Below are positions 1 through 14,175 of a stretch of 64,000 bases of DNA, piece after piece; positions within the stretch are counted from its first letter, which is position 1, and each line of letters begins with the position of its first letter. The notes under the pieces were generated by a model. It was not told the DNA's origin and ran no database searches. It saw nothing but the letters and a program-made list of their open reading frames with translations. This stretch comes from the human T2T-CHM13v2.0 reference genome, Homo sapiens, in assembly GCF_009914755.1 (NCBI RefSeq), contig NC_060935.1; one strand, 5' to 3'. Both the position numbers and the translations under genes were made by a program.

Positions 1-250
<250 letters not shown>

Positions 251-528
251 TAACTGAGTTATCAATATGATTGACATCAGATATCAGAAGAGTATGAGAA
301 AAAACCAGCATAGAAAAATTTTCAAAGGAAATTATTTACTACCTGATTTTGAAACAACTCATCTAATTTAAGGAGAAAAAAAATGTGTGGTGGGAGAAAG
401 GATTATTGAAAGATTTTTTCGGAGAAAGTGACTACCATGCTATGAGGTCTCATGCACCTCTTTGCTGTCCCAAAGCCACATCAAGCTCAGTGGTCTATAA
501 TTGTTGAGTCTAACACTTTATCTTTTTA

Positions 529-858
529 GGCCAGGCACCTTTGGCTCGCGCCTGTAATCCCAGCACTTTGGGACGCCAAGGTGGGGAACTGCTTGAGATC
601 AGGAGTTTGAGACCAGCCTAGCCTACATAGTGAAACCCTGTCTCTACTAAAGATACAAAAAAAAAAAAAAAAATTAGCCTGGTGTGGTGATAGGCGCCTG
701 TAGTCCCAGCTATTCAGGTGGCTGAGGTGAGGGGATTGCTTGAACCTGGGAGATGGAGGTTGCAGTGAGCTGAGATCGTGCAATCGCACTCCATCCTGGG
801 TGAAAGAGCCAGACTCCATCTCAAAAACTAAATTAATTAATTAAATAATTAAAAAATA
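529..858 (+). mobile_element. AluJ-family (AluJb-like) full-length SINE
   Basis: ggccaggc...cctgtaatcccagcactttggga, A-rich linker, right arm and AT-rich tail. tttatctttttag lies on both sides (candidate TSD). Confidence 0.93.
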
Positions 859-1649
859 CCATTTTTATCTTTTTAGAAAATCAAAATTGTATTTGAATAG
901 TTGAAAAGGGATTGCTAGGAAATACGGTAAGGGCACATTGGCATAAGATAAACCTTAAAGAAATTTTACTTATGCTGAGAGTTAGGAAATGATAGCCCAC
1001 ACTGTTACATCACAATATGTAATTTTAAATAATAGGTATTATTTTACTTAGGTGAAAGAGAATAAATAGTAATCTTTAATATATGTGCTCCTGAATCGAT
1101 AGGAAGGAACAGTGTATAAGAAGCAAGTAATAAGTTTCTAGAAGGTCTTACTAATTCCTTCTATTTTGGAAGTGGGAGGCCTGGGAGCTAAGCAGTGCGT
1201 GACTGGTAGGAGAAACGAGAAACTTCCAGCTCTTGACCTCCACCCCACTCCCAGCCAGACAATTGCAGGTGCCACAGGGCTGAAGAGGCGCAATACGACC
1301 ATTCTATTTTGGTTTGCAGATGCAGCTTCATAATCAGGAAGGGTGGTGAGAAGGCAAAGCTGAGCCAGAAAAGAGATGGGTCGGGGGAAAGAAGTGAAGA
1401 GATAAACCTTGTAGCTGCAAAAAGACACTTTACATAAGTCCCATTAAAAAGAATTTGTGACACAACAACTATCTTGCTAGAGTGAGCTACTTGTGCCAAC
1501 ACTGAAGAATGACAAAATTCAGATATGCTCCTTGGCAGGGGAGTCAACTGATTTGAAAGGAAAGTGAGCAGAAATAACAAACCCAGAATGCAGCTGTCTC
1601 TTGCCTCAGGGCCTGCTTATACCCTCCTTCAAGCAGCTGAATAACCAAA

Positions 1650-2520
1650 TAAAGCAACAAGTTCAAAGATTACAGAGAAAATTCCGACAGCATCTGTTTC
1701 AACAGGGAGGGGAAATCAAAGACAATTCATCAACACTATTTTGGGGCAATTAATAGGAATGGGTGGAATTGCCCAGATTAAGAAGTGAAGATTATAAAAA
1801 CAACAAAAGCAACAAAGAATTTTAGGGTAACTCTACAAAACTTCCTTTAAAAATGACAAGAAGGACACCACTGAGTAGAATTAGCATTTTTAAGTCAATG
1901 AATAAAAGAAAAGGAGGATACAGTGGAAAAAAATAGCACACAATGTAGAGCTGCAGAACCAGAACAAAAGTAATGACAGATAAGATATTATAGCCATGAA
2001 AGATAGTGTTGATCGAACATAGAAATAATTTTCTGAAGACAGATAACCTAGAGCAGAAAAAATTTGCAGAAATGAGTACAAGAAAGCTTATCTTGAACAA
2101 AAGTTCAATCTCTACATAGAAAGAGTTTGTTATATTCCAGTGAGCTGGTTAAAATTGGGGTAAAGAAAGATTTCCTAGAAGCCATGAAGGAAGAAGAAGG
2201 AGATTACCTACAAGGCAAAATAAAAAATCAGTATGGTCTTTGACATTTTCCATTAATATTAGCTAAGAGATGGTACTGTGATATTATGTACAGGAATTGA
2301 GGGAAACCCATATTAGCTAGGAATGTTTACCAAGCAATGTGCTTACTTAGATGTGAAAGCAATATCAAACATGCAATAATTTGGAACATAAGTCACCTAT
2401 CACAGTCTCTAAAAGTAGTACTAGAAAATGTATTTCAATAAACAGAAAATTTGGTCAAATACAAAACTTAGTAGGAAATTTATCGTATTGAAGATTCAGA
2501 GGAAAATATAATTGTTTACA
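1650..2520 (+). mobile_element. Ancient L1/HAL1 ORF1-region remnant
   Basis: Purine-rich strand with an ORF1-like motif (gattacctacaaggc...aatcagtatggtctttgacattttcc); highly diverged. Confidence 0.5.
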
Positions 2521-2530
2521 CAGTAATTCA

Positions 2531-2667
2531 AGATGGACGTGGTGGCTCCACCTGTATTTCCAGCACTTGGGGAGGTCTAGAATGGAGGATTGCTTGAGCC
2601 CAGGAGTTCGATACCAGCCTTGGCAACATAGTGAGACTCTGTCTCTACAAATAGTTAAAAATTAGAC
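2531..2667 (+). mobile_element. AluJ left monomer (5' half of an Alu interrupted by L1)
   Basis: gtggtggctc..cagcactt..ggaggattgcttgagcccaggagttcg..gtctctacaaatagttaaaaattag. Confidence 0.9.
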
Positions 2668-4225
<1,558 letters not shown>

Positions 4226-4742
4226 TTATTGTTGAAAAATGGAACCAGGTTTAATTCTGGAAATAAAAGCAATAGAGTATAAAAATAATATCAAATTATA
4301 TATAACTCACTGTTACAAAAATGTGTTTACAAAAATACAGATTAGAAGATAAATGACATAGTGGAGGAAAGTATGATAAAAGACACTGTGGAGAGTGGAA
4401 GTCGATATAGTGAGATAAATAAGCATGTCATCTAGAGTTTTTAAGGTAACTAATTTATATTTTTTCCAAAAGGAAGTAGGGAAATGGCTGAAGAATACAC
4501 AACTGTGGAGCAAAAGATAGAAAATTTTAAAAATATTATGGAAATAGAGAAAACTTAAAAGTATAGAATAAGATTATAGTAATTGGATATTTACACAATA
4601 ATAAATATTCTATTTTTAAAAATTGGATAAATTATTTAAATATTATTTAAAATAATGCTTTTTATAGTATATAAAATAATGCTTTATACGCTAAAGTTTA
4701 CACAACCAATTTGAATGCCTCAAAGAGTTTAAAGATAAAATA

Positions 4743-4814
4743 TTTGCAAAGATATCAATAAATGCAAAAAGAAAAAAATTTGCAAAGATATTAATAAATG
4801 CAAAAAGGAAAAAA
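4743..4814. repeat. ~36-bp tandem duplication
   Basis: tttgcaaagatat(c/t)aataaatgcaaaaag(a/g)aaaaaa present twice. Confidence 0.85.
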
Positions 4815-4924
4815 AAAGAAAGAACTAGGAAGGGAAGGATGCAGAGAAAGAAAAGAAACAATCTGGAGAAAGAGAAATCGAGAGAGGCTAAAAGGTAGAA
4901 AATTGTAATAATAAAAACCAACAA

Positions 4925-5225
4925 ATGAGTGCCACTATTCTCAGCATTTGGCCTATGCCTGATAACTCATGCAATCATTTTAATAACATCTAAGATAGGT
5001 ACTTAGGTTGGTACAAAAGTAATTGTGATTTTTGCCATTACTTTTAATGACCGAAACCAGTCATTAAATAAAAATTACTTTTGCACCAACCTAAAATTAC
5101 TGCCGTTTTACAGACTGTGGACTAGAGAAGCTAACGGATTTTCTCAGGGTGACCTAGCTTATGAGAAGTAGGACGGAGGTTCCAGCTGGGGCCATCTGGG
5201 TCCATTGCTCATCACCTTCACTGCC
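4925..5225 (-). mobile_element. MIR SINE, interrupted by MADE1
   Basis: MIR core-like ccgttttacagactgtggactagagaagctaac...tctcagggtgacctagct. Confidence 0.6.
5003..5094. mobile_element. MADE1 (Hsmar1 mariner MITE)
   Basis: ttaggttggtacaaaagtaattg ... aattacttttgcaccaacctaa terminal inverted repeats. Confidence 0.93.
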
Positions 5226-6804
5226 ACACTCATGCTATTGTGCCTATCAAACAAAGCTGATGTTAATGCAGAAAAACATTAAATAAGACCAAAAAGTTCC
5301 CTTGCTACTTACAACTCTATAAATAAGTCACAATGAAGTTTTCATAAATAATATATCAAACTTTGTTATTGACATATATAAAACAAAAACCATAAGATAT
5401 CTTAGGAAGAAATCAATAGAAATGCATTAGTAGTAATATATTATAATAGATCAGAGAGTTAAGTAATAAAGGTATAATATATTTTAAAAGACAATTAATT
5501 ATTTTGTTTATCTCAGCTAAATATCTCGGAGAATGTTTCAGCATGTCCATTTATAAGATCTTTCAAAACTTTGATATAGAATGTGAATTCATTTAGAAAA
5601 CAATGTGTGCCATTAAGATTATTTCATCCAATTCTTGGCTTTTGATTTTGTCTTAAATGATGTTTTTACCATTCCATTGTTCTCAATTCTATTTGATAGA
5701 CAAGGTTTAAGATAGAGCCAAACACTTCAGCTTTCTCTTTGATCTACATTAGTACTGGCCTATACATATAACCTTTCTTCTTTGTTGTATAACTAAAAAT
5801 AACTTATGCAAAAGCAACATGCCTATTTCATAACAAATTAGTAATTCTTTTAAAAGGATAAAAGTCAAACTTTATGAGATTTCCTTTGTGGACATTATTG
5901 TACAATACTACTGCGAGTTTTAATTGGCTTCATCTTTCAGAAAAATAATTTTATTATATTTATCAAGAATTTTTAAATGTTTATAACCTTTGATCTGTAA
6001 ATTAATGACTATCTCAACAACACAGAGGTAGATTTGAGCATTATTTTTAATATTGTAAATTATTCTAATTTCACAACCTAAATGTTCAAATATACAGGAA
6101 TAATTATTGAAATAATGAATCTCCCATAGAATTGACTCATATAATACACTAAAGAAATGATGCTTACAATTTTGAATTATCTAAGAAAATAGCTTTGAGA
6201 GAATATGTTAAAACAGAAAAATAAAATCAGAACCCAAACCAACATGTGTATAATATAATTTCAACCACATAAATAATTGTCTGAAGAAAAGGCATTTAGA
6301 AAATAATGTGCAAAAATATTCATTGAATGAGTGTTGAGGGAATAATTAAATGATGTTTCATTAAACTATTCTACATTTACAAATGTTTCAAAATTATAAC
6401 TTGAAAATGGCAGAAATACTTTCTTTTATTGGTTGTTGCAAGTCTCACTTCTTTTGGGGTTCATCCAGTCTTCATTTTTATGTGGAGGCCTTGAAGATTG
6501 TAAATCTCAATGAGGGTATTTTCCCAGAAGAGAGTGACTATCAGATAAATTAAAGCAACTTGTCCTATTTCCATGCAGTGGGAATTCCCAGTATCTACCT
6601 TATCCTTAGGCTTCCTTATAATTAGAGCAGCTCTCTGAAAATGGAAAATAGGACACCAGTGGTGACAATGTGTAAAATTTAAATATTTTATTATGTAACA
6701 ACCAAGAGTCTGAAAAAAAAAATGTTTCCATGATTGAAAAAGACTTGACAACAACCTAAAACTCTTGAACACATCAAGACAAGGAAAACAGTTTAGATTC
6801 TAAT

Positions 6805-7005
6805 CAAAGTGTTTCAACTTTTGGTGTGCATAAGAATCTCTAGTTAGGAAGGGCAGACACTTTTTAAAAATATGAATTCCTGCCCTTGAGTCTCTGCAAT
6901 TCTGATCCAGTTGGTCTAGTGTAGGGCAAAGGAACTGGATTTTTTTCCTGAGCATCCCAAGGCTATTTATGCAGATGGTCCATGAAATACGTTCACTTTA
7001 GACTT
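6805..7005. mobile_element. MER5-like hAT-Charlie MITE
   Basis: tgcataagaatc...ttttaaaaatatgaattcctgccc...attctgatccagttggtctagtgtagggc...atgcagatggtccatg. Confidence 0.6.
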
Positions 7006-8935
7006 TCAAATGACAAGCTGGCTTTTCCTGTAGAAATCTCAGATGAAGATTGTCTATAAATATTCTCACTAAAATTAGACAACACGTGAATAATAAGAAA
7101 ATTATCTCTAACAGGCCCCTCTTCTAGCAAGATTATATCGGTCAACAGGGTAGACCTCAATATGTTAAAGTAGGTGGTTGTTTGTGCAAACATTTTACAC
7201 TTTAATCAATTGAAATACGTGATTTATAGCAAATCTAATCTTGTAACTTTTCTATTTACAAAATGAAATTTCAGGGAGATCAGTATCTCATGGATATCAC
7301 TTGTCAATTTTCAAGTAACTTATTAAATACAAGTGAAATCTACTTAACTTTGGTAAAATAAAACTTCACAAAAGATGAATTTTTATGCCTAATTTATAAA
7401 GTCACTGAAAATACCAGTATAAAGTGGCAATCAATGTAAATACTTTTTTTCAAGTAATATTTTCCTTAAATAATGCATACTTTGATTTGGCTCATGACCT
7501 CTTCGAAGTCTACAACTGTATTAGGTAAACTGAAGCATTTGTGCACTTATTTCTGAATCTGTGATTCCCAAACCTGCATTAAGCATCATCTAGGATATTT
7601 ATGAAAATACTCAGATATATCAACTCAGAAACTTTGGTGAAGAAATGGAAGACATAGTAAGACGGACACGGGAATCTCTCTCCTCTCTCATTTTTTAGAG
7701 AAAACTTTTCCAGATAATTGTGATGCTCAGTAATGTTGCAGATCACTATTTGGGAGGTAACTGGCTGGGTTATGCCTGAACTGTTGGAGTCCTTTCCTAA
7801 TGAAGACCTATCTTTTGGCTTCATTAGCCACTGGAGTGCTTTTCAAATACACTCAAATTGTTTATGACACTGTGATAACACTTTATATTGTCTCCATATC
7901 ACTGCACTGTTTTCCTCTGCACACTTCTGCTTGAGGTTCCATTACTTTGGCTCAATATATAGTAACATTTGTAGTAGCCTATTGTCATTTATCATTCCCA
8001 TATCAGCTTAGATGTAATGAGAATTGCTTCAATGCCAAAAGAATGAATAACACTGGTCCCTGAGCTAATTAATGGGACTCTGTCACTTGCTGACCAACAC
8101 AGTACTTAAGTATTGCTGATGAAACAGGTCCAAATACAAAGTAATGCATTTTAAACACCTTTAACTTAATTTAGAGCTTCATATACTACTGGAGCCAGAG
8201 TTGAGTGTTTCAGAAAAGTGAAGTTAACTTTCTGATATTTTACACTTATCAGGCATAAAGACTCCTTTTCTGTAAAGGGTCATTAATACAGTTACTGAAA
8301 AACCCTTATGACTATAGAAAGGGATTGAAATTTACTGATATTTTATGACAAACATTCAGCATTTTCATTGTATTAAGAAGAGGACTCAAGGATTTTTTTA
8401 AATCAATGAGTAATAAGGATATAAAACATAATTAGGTTCCAAGTCATTCTAAGTTGAAGCAGAGAAGAATAGAAGAAAGAAAATTAGAATTGTAGAAGAT
8501 TAGAAAGCACAGGAACAAGAACATACCGAGAAAGAATGAGAAAATGGAAAGAAGCCCATCAGATCCTTCTCAAGCTTTTTATCTAAACTGACTCGAGGTA
8601 GGCTGGGCTGAGTAGAGTTTTCTATTTTAACACAGGCTTCCAGTGTAACCAGTAAGATGAGGACACTCAACTTTGACTCTTAGGATTTTTTTAACGGAGT
8701 TTCTTTTATTTGTGGTTAATCAGAATGAAGAGAATAGAGTAGCCACCCAATAGTTTTACAAAATTGATTTTCCAGATGATGTGAAGCTATCAACTAGAGC
8801 TTTCTGCCTCTTCATTTCAGATAAGTTGTGGCCTTTTTTATTTTCCAGGAAATTGGGCTTCTTTTTTATGACAATATTTTATGACTCATGCTGATTCATA
8901 CATGTATTCAGGGTGTTAATCAATCAATTATGCTA

Positions 8936-9834
8936 CACCATAGTATCCCCTTATCTATAGGGAATACATTCCAAGACCTGCAGTGGATGCCTACAGCCAA
9001 GGATAGTACCAAACTCTCCACATACACTATGCTTGGATTTATTTTTCTTCTTTACAGTTTCACAGATGGAAGATTTGTTCTTACTCTAGATCTTAGGAAC
9101 CTCGGCATACATTTTTTTTCTTGCTTTATTTATTCATGTTTGACACAGAGTCTGGCTCTGTCACCCAGGCTGGAGTGCAGTGGCACGATCTTGGCTCACT
9201 GCAAGCTCCATCCACCTCCTGGGTTCATGCCCTTCTCCTGCCTCAGCCTCCCGAGTAGCTGGGACTACAGGCACACGCCACCACACCCGACTAATTTTTT
9301 GTATTTTTAGTAGAGACGGGGTTTCACCGTGCTAGCCAGGATGGTCTCGATCTCCTGACCTTGTGATCTGCCCGCCTCGGCCTCCCAAAGTCCTGGGATT
9401 ACAGGCGTCAGCCACCGCACCCGGCCTTTTCTTGCTTTATTTATTTGAGCACTTTCATCCTTTTATCTGACGGTAGCACACTTTCCAGCTTCTCTTTCAC
9501 ATGAATTGCCAGCATCACTACCCTTGCACTCTGGGACTAAGTAACATTAGGATGACTGGAACACAAGCACTGTGAAACTGTGACAGTCGATCTGATAACT
9601 CAGAAAGCTACTGAGTAACCAATAGGCGGGCAGCATGCACAGCATGGTGACTCTGGATAAAGGGGATGGCTCATGTCCCAGGCATGACTGAGCAGGAGAG
9701 TGCAAGACTTCATCACATGGCTAAGAATGGCATGCAATTGAAAACTTATGAATTATTTAATATTTTTCAATTGTCATTGACAACAAGTAACTGAAACTAC
9801 AAAAAGTTAAGTCTCAGATAAGGACGGACTGTTG
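8936..9834 (-). mobile_element. MER44 (Tigger7-derived) DNA transposon, interrupted by AluY
   Basis: Ends tagtatccccttatctatagggaatacattccaagac and gtaactgaaac...gataaggacggactgttg resemble MER44 termini; TA flanks. Confidence 0.8.
9135..9426 (-). mobile_element. AluY SINE with almost no tail
   Basis: AluY diagnostics (gcaagctcc, tagccaggatggtctcgatctcctgacc); 19-bp TSD ttttcttgctttatttatt at 9116-9134 and 9427-9445. Confidence 0.95.
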
Positions 9835-10169
9835 TACTGGCCAACCAATAAGGTTATATTAGGGTGAACATGAGCGAGTGTTTTTCAGAAAAATATTTCT
9901 GGGTAAACATAATAGGGTCAGTGCTGTGACAGAAATGTTCCCAGGATGTGAAAATTCTTGGCTGTGGAAAGAAAAATCAGGAAAGGAAACATGGAGTCAA
10001 GGAAAGCATCCTGGGGAAAATCCTGACTTAAGTCGTGAAGAATGAATAAAAAGTGAGCAGGTAGGAAGGTGGCATGAGAGAAGCATTTTGAGTTAGGCTT
10101 TGTTTTTGCTCTAGAATACAATTAGTTTGTGGGGGAAAATGACCTGAAAAAATAAGAACAGTAAAAACA

Positions 10170-10214
10170 AATAAAGAAAATGTAGTATGTATATGCAACG
10201 GAACACTATTTAGC

Positions 10215-10247
<33 letters not shown>

Positions 10248-10660
10248 AAACAAAAAAGAAGAAGAAGGAAATGCTGTCATTTGTGACAACATGGATGAAC
10301 CTGGAAGACATTAACTGAAATAGGCCAGGAATAGAAAGTCTGTGAAATCTGAGAAAGTTGAATTCATAGAAGCAGAGAGTAAGGTAATGGTTAGCAGAGG
10401 TTTGTGGGATGGTGGGGCAGTGGTGGTGGGGCTGGAAAGATGTTGGTTAAAGGCTACAGGATTTCAGTGAAATAGGAATAAATTTGGGAGATCTATAGTA
10501 CAACATGCTGACTGTGACTATAGTTAATGACGATGTATTGTATTCTTGAAGATTGCTAAGAGTGCCCCCACTGAAAAAAAAAAAGGTATGTAATGTAACG
10601 CTATGTTCATTAACTCAATCTGGCCACTCCACAATTTATAATTTAAAAAATAATAACTTA
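10170..10660 (+). mobile_element. L1MA-type 3' end with internal poly(A) expansion
   Basis: gtcatttgtgacaacatggatgaacctggaagacatt...atagaagcagagagt...gagatctatagtacaacatg...ttgctaagagtg. Confidence 0.85.
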
Positions 10661-11554
10661 AAAATAATCGTAAGAACAATACTTTTTTATCTATAATATT
10701 ATGTGTATATTAATATACTGTTAACATTTTGAACTGCACACACACACACATAATGTTAACTTTCTTATCTTCTTATCCTAGCTTTTTGGGTGGGATTGAC
10801 AGTAAAAAGAAGAGAAAATGATTACTGTGTCAATCTGGTATAATTGCTGGCTACTCAACTCACAACAGCTACACCAACAGGAGAATAAGTCTTTCTATGA
10901 CATAATACAGGAGTAACCACCAGATAGATCAGCAGAAGTAGTCTGCATACATTTCTTACAATGACTGAGAAAGTTCACAGGGATGTGACAGGTCTGAGTA
11001 CCTAGTAAGTCCCCAAGTAGCAAGTCTTGGTACACAGACTCCTAAATACAACTTCAGATGAGTGAAGTTGGTCTTCATGTTTTGTCCTCACAAACCCCTC
11101 TCAAAAACCTCCTCTGTTCTCTCCCAAGGTCAAACTACCCAGATCATATATACTTCTGACCCTAATTTCTGTTTATTTAATTTGTGTCTGCTTTACTCAT
11201 CCTGATATCATTAATAAAAGAATGGGTGTTTGAGCATGGCAACCAGGAGAAGGAAAACCTTGTAGAGACCCTTTTCTTAATTGTGACTAAGGCAATATCC
11301 ACATAACATAATTCTCCAGGTAATCTGTCCACAATATTACCAACACCCTCATTTCCCTTGCAACACAGTTTTTTAAAAGTATTAGAATTATACTTTATAA
11401 TTTTCTACATTATACACATGATTATTAGTGTGATTCGAATATAACAAAGTTCTTTGTTTCATATCATCATTTTGGATATTATCACTTGAGGAAAATAACT
11501 GCATTTTGAAGACTTTGAGTAGTTACATCTAACCTTTTTGTATAGTAAGGGATA

Positions 11555-12853
11555 GTTTCTTTTTTTTAAATTATACTTTAAGTAATGGGATACATGTGCA
11601 GAATGTGCAGGTTTGTTACATAGGTATACATGTACCATGGTGGTTTGCTGCACCCATCAGCCCATCATCTACATTAGGTATTTCTTCTAATGCTCTCCCT
11701 CCCCTAGTCCCCCACCCCTCAACAGGCCCGGGTGTGTGATATTCCCCTCCCTGTGTCCATGTGTTCTCATTGTTCAACTCCCACTTATGACTTATGTGGT
11801 GTTTGGTTTTCTATTCCTGTGTTAGTTTGCTGAGAATGATGGTTTCCAGCTTCATCCATGTCCCTGCAAGGGACAGGAACTCATCCTTTTTATGGCTGCA
11901 TAGTATTCCATGGTGTATATGTGCCACATTTTCTTTATCCAGTCTATCAGTGATAGGCATTTGGGTTGGTTCCAAGTCTTTGCTACTGTGAATAGTGCTG
12001 CAATAAACATACGTGTGCATGTGTCCTTATAGGAGAATGATTTATAATCCTTTGAGTATATACTCAGTAATGGTATTGCTGGGTCAAATGGTATTTCTAG
12101 TTCTAGATCCTTGAGGAATCCCCACACTGTCTTCAACAATGGTTGAACTAATTTACACTCCCATCAACAGTGTAAAAGCATTCCTATTTCTCCATGTCCT
12201 CTCCAGCATCTGTTGTTTCCTGACTTTTTAATGATCACCATTCTAACTGGCGTGAGATGGTATTTCATTGTGGTTTTGATTTGCATTTCTCTCATGACCA
12301 GTGATGATGAGCTTCTCTTCATATATTGGTTGGTGGCATAAATGTCTTCTTTTGAGAAGTGTCTGTTTATATCCTTTGCCTACTTTTTGATGAGGTTGTT
12401 TTTCCCTTGTAAATTCGTTTAAATTATTTGTAGATTCTGGATATTACTATCTGATATTTTACAAACCTGACAAAATGAGCAATGGGGAAAGGATTCCCTA
12501 TTTAATAAATGGTGTTGGGAAAACTGGCTAGCCATATGCAGAAAACTGAAACTGGACCCCTCCCTTACACCTTATACAAAAATTAACTCAAGATGGTTTA
12601 AAGACTTAATCGTAAGACCTAAACCAATAAAAAAACCCTAGAAGAAAACCTAAGCAATACCATTCAGGACATAGGCATGGGCAAAGACTTCATGACTAAA
12701 ACACCAAAAGCAATGCCAACAAAAGCCAAAATTGACAAATGGGATTTAATTAAACTAAAGAGCTTCTCCACAGCAAAAGAAACTATCAACAGAGAGAACA
12801 GGCAACCTACAGAATGGGAAAAAAAATTTGCAATCTATTTATGTGACAAAGGG
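11555..12853 (-). mobile_element. L1PA7-like element, 5'-truncated with 5' inversion (11555-12446 minus, 12447-12853 plus)
   Basis: Poly(T) followed by the L1PA 3'UTR; ORF2 peptides on both strands (LELEIPFDPAIPLL on minus; [13 protein letters not shown] on plus). Confidence 0.95.
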
Positions 12854-13489
12854 AGCATTTCTTTAAGGCGTTTAGATTTTTTTTGTTTGACTTATTTCCC
12901 TCAAGGTCATAGTATTCGTAGTGAATGTAGCTTTCAATAATCTTCATTGAAATGATCAGAAATATATGTGTTTAACATATTAGTGATGTTTTCTTTAAGA
13001 AACAATATCAGTATGTGTTTCATATTCATAATTTTAATAGGAATAAACTTTTATTTACAAAGACAAAATGATATGCTGGAATGAGCTAATGGGTGGAAGA
13101 CTGTCTATCAGAAAATATGTACTTATTAATTCAATAATGAACCAGAGAAAATAACATACATTAAAGGTACACTGATAATTGAATGAAATGGTTTAAAGTC
13201 CTGAGTATAAACTACCATATGACCTGTATATTTATAAAGATGGGTTTATTGCTCCAGAAAAAAAAAGGGTTAAACCAATGAAGTTCAGTTTTTAAATCTT
13301 TCAGTCTAATAAAGGCCCTAGAAAATCAATACAGAACCAAGGAAATAACATTATTGGATGTGGTAACCTTCAGTTCCAATAGTTAACTCCAAATGAACAA
13401 GTCTACACTAAGAAAATAATTATTGTTGATTAATATAACCTTAAGCTTTTCTCAGCCATTTTATCTGCAACAAACAAGCTTTTCAAAAG

Positions 13490-13605
13490 TGTACACTGCT
13501 TGTGTGATGGGTACACCAAAATCTCGAAGTCACCGCTAAGTAACTTATCCATGTAACCAAACACCACCTGTTCCCCAAAAACCTACTGAAATAAAAAATA
13601 ATCAT
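13490..13605 (+). mobile_element. L1PB-type extreme 3' end
   Basis: gtacactgcttgtgtgatgggtacaccaaaatctc...catgtaaccaaacaccacctgttccccaaaaacctactgaaataaaaaa. Confidence 0.85.
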
Positions 13606-14094
13606 AAAAAACTCTAAAAAGTTAATATATTATTCAAAAATATTTTACAAATATTTTGATACATTTTTATCTTTCTTAGTTAACAAAAGAAAAGAAGTTA
13701 TTCTTCAATGCACATTGGTCTTCTATTGATTTTCCCTTAGTGTTACTGGTTGAGAACTGCTAACCTTAATGTCATAAATGATCACAAAAGCTGGAGAATA
13801 GATGCAGGGGCTGGCTTATAATACTATCAGTGAAAGGCATTGCTTTTTAGTCTAAAGTATCTTTCCCAATCCCTTGGAAAATCAGATTAGATGTGTCTCT
13901 GATTGCTACAACACTTTTCAGGTTCATAATCAGTCACCTACTGATGGCACCCAGAAATGTTTCTGATTTTTATTTGATCATGATAGTACAATGTACTTTG
14001 TAGTCTGTATGGAATTAGAGGAACTCATGTAATATAAAAAGAAAAAATAAGATTCAAATATTAGTACAGATGGAATGTATTTTTTTCTTTAAAG

Positions 14095-14175
14095 GAGGTA
14101 TATGGAAACTCTATTTTTTTCTCAATTTTGCTGTGAACTTAAAAATGTCCTAAAATATAAAGTGTATTTTAAAAT
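14095..14175 (+). mobile_element. L1M (L1MC-like) 3' terminus fragment
   Basis: tatggaaactct...ctcaattttgctgtgaacttaaaaatg..ctaaaa. Confidence 0.6.
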
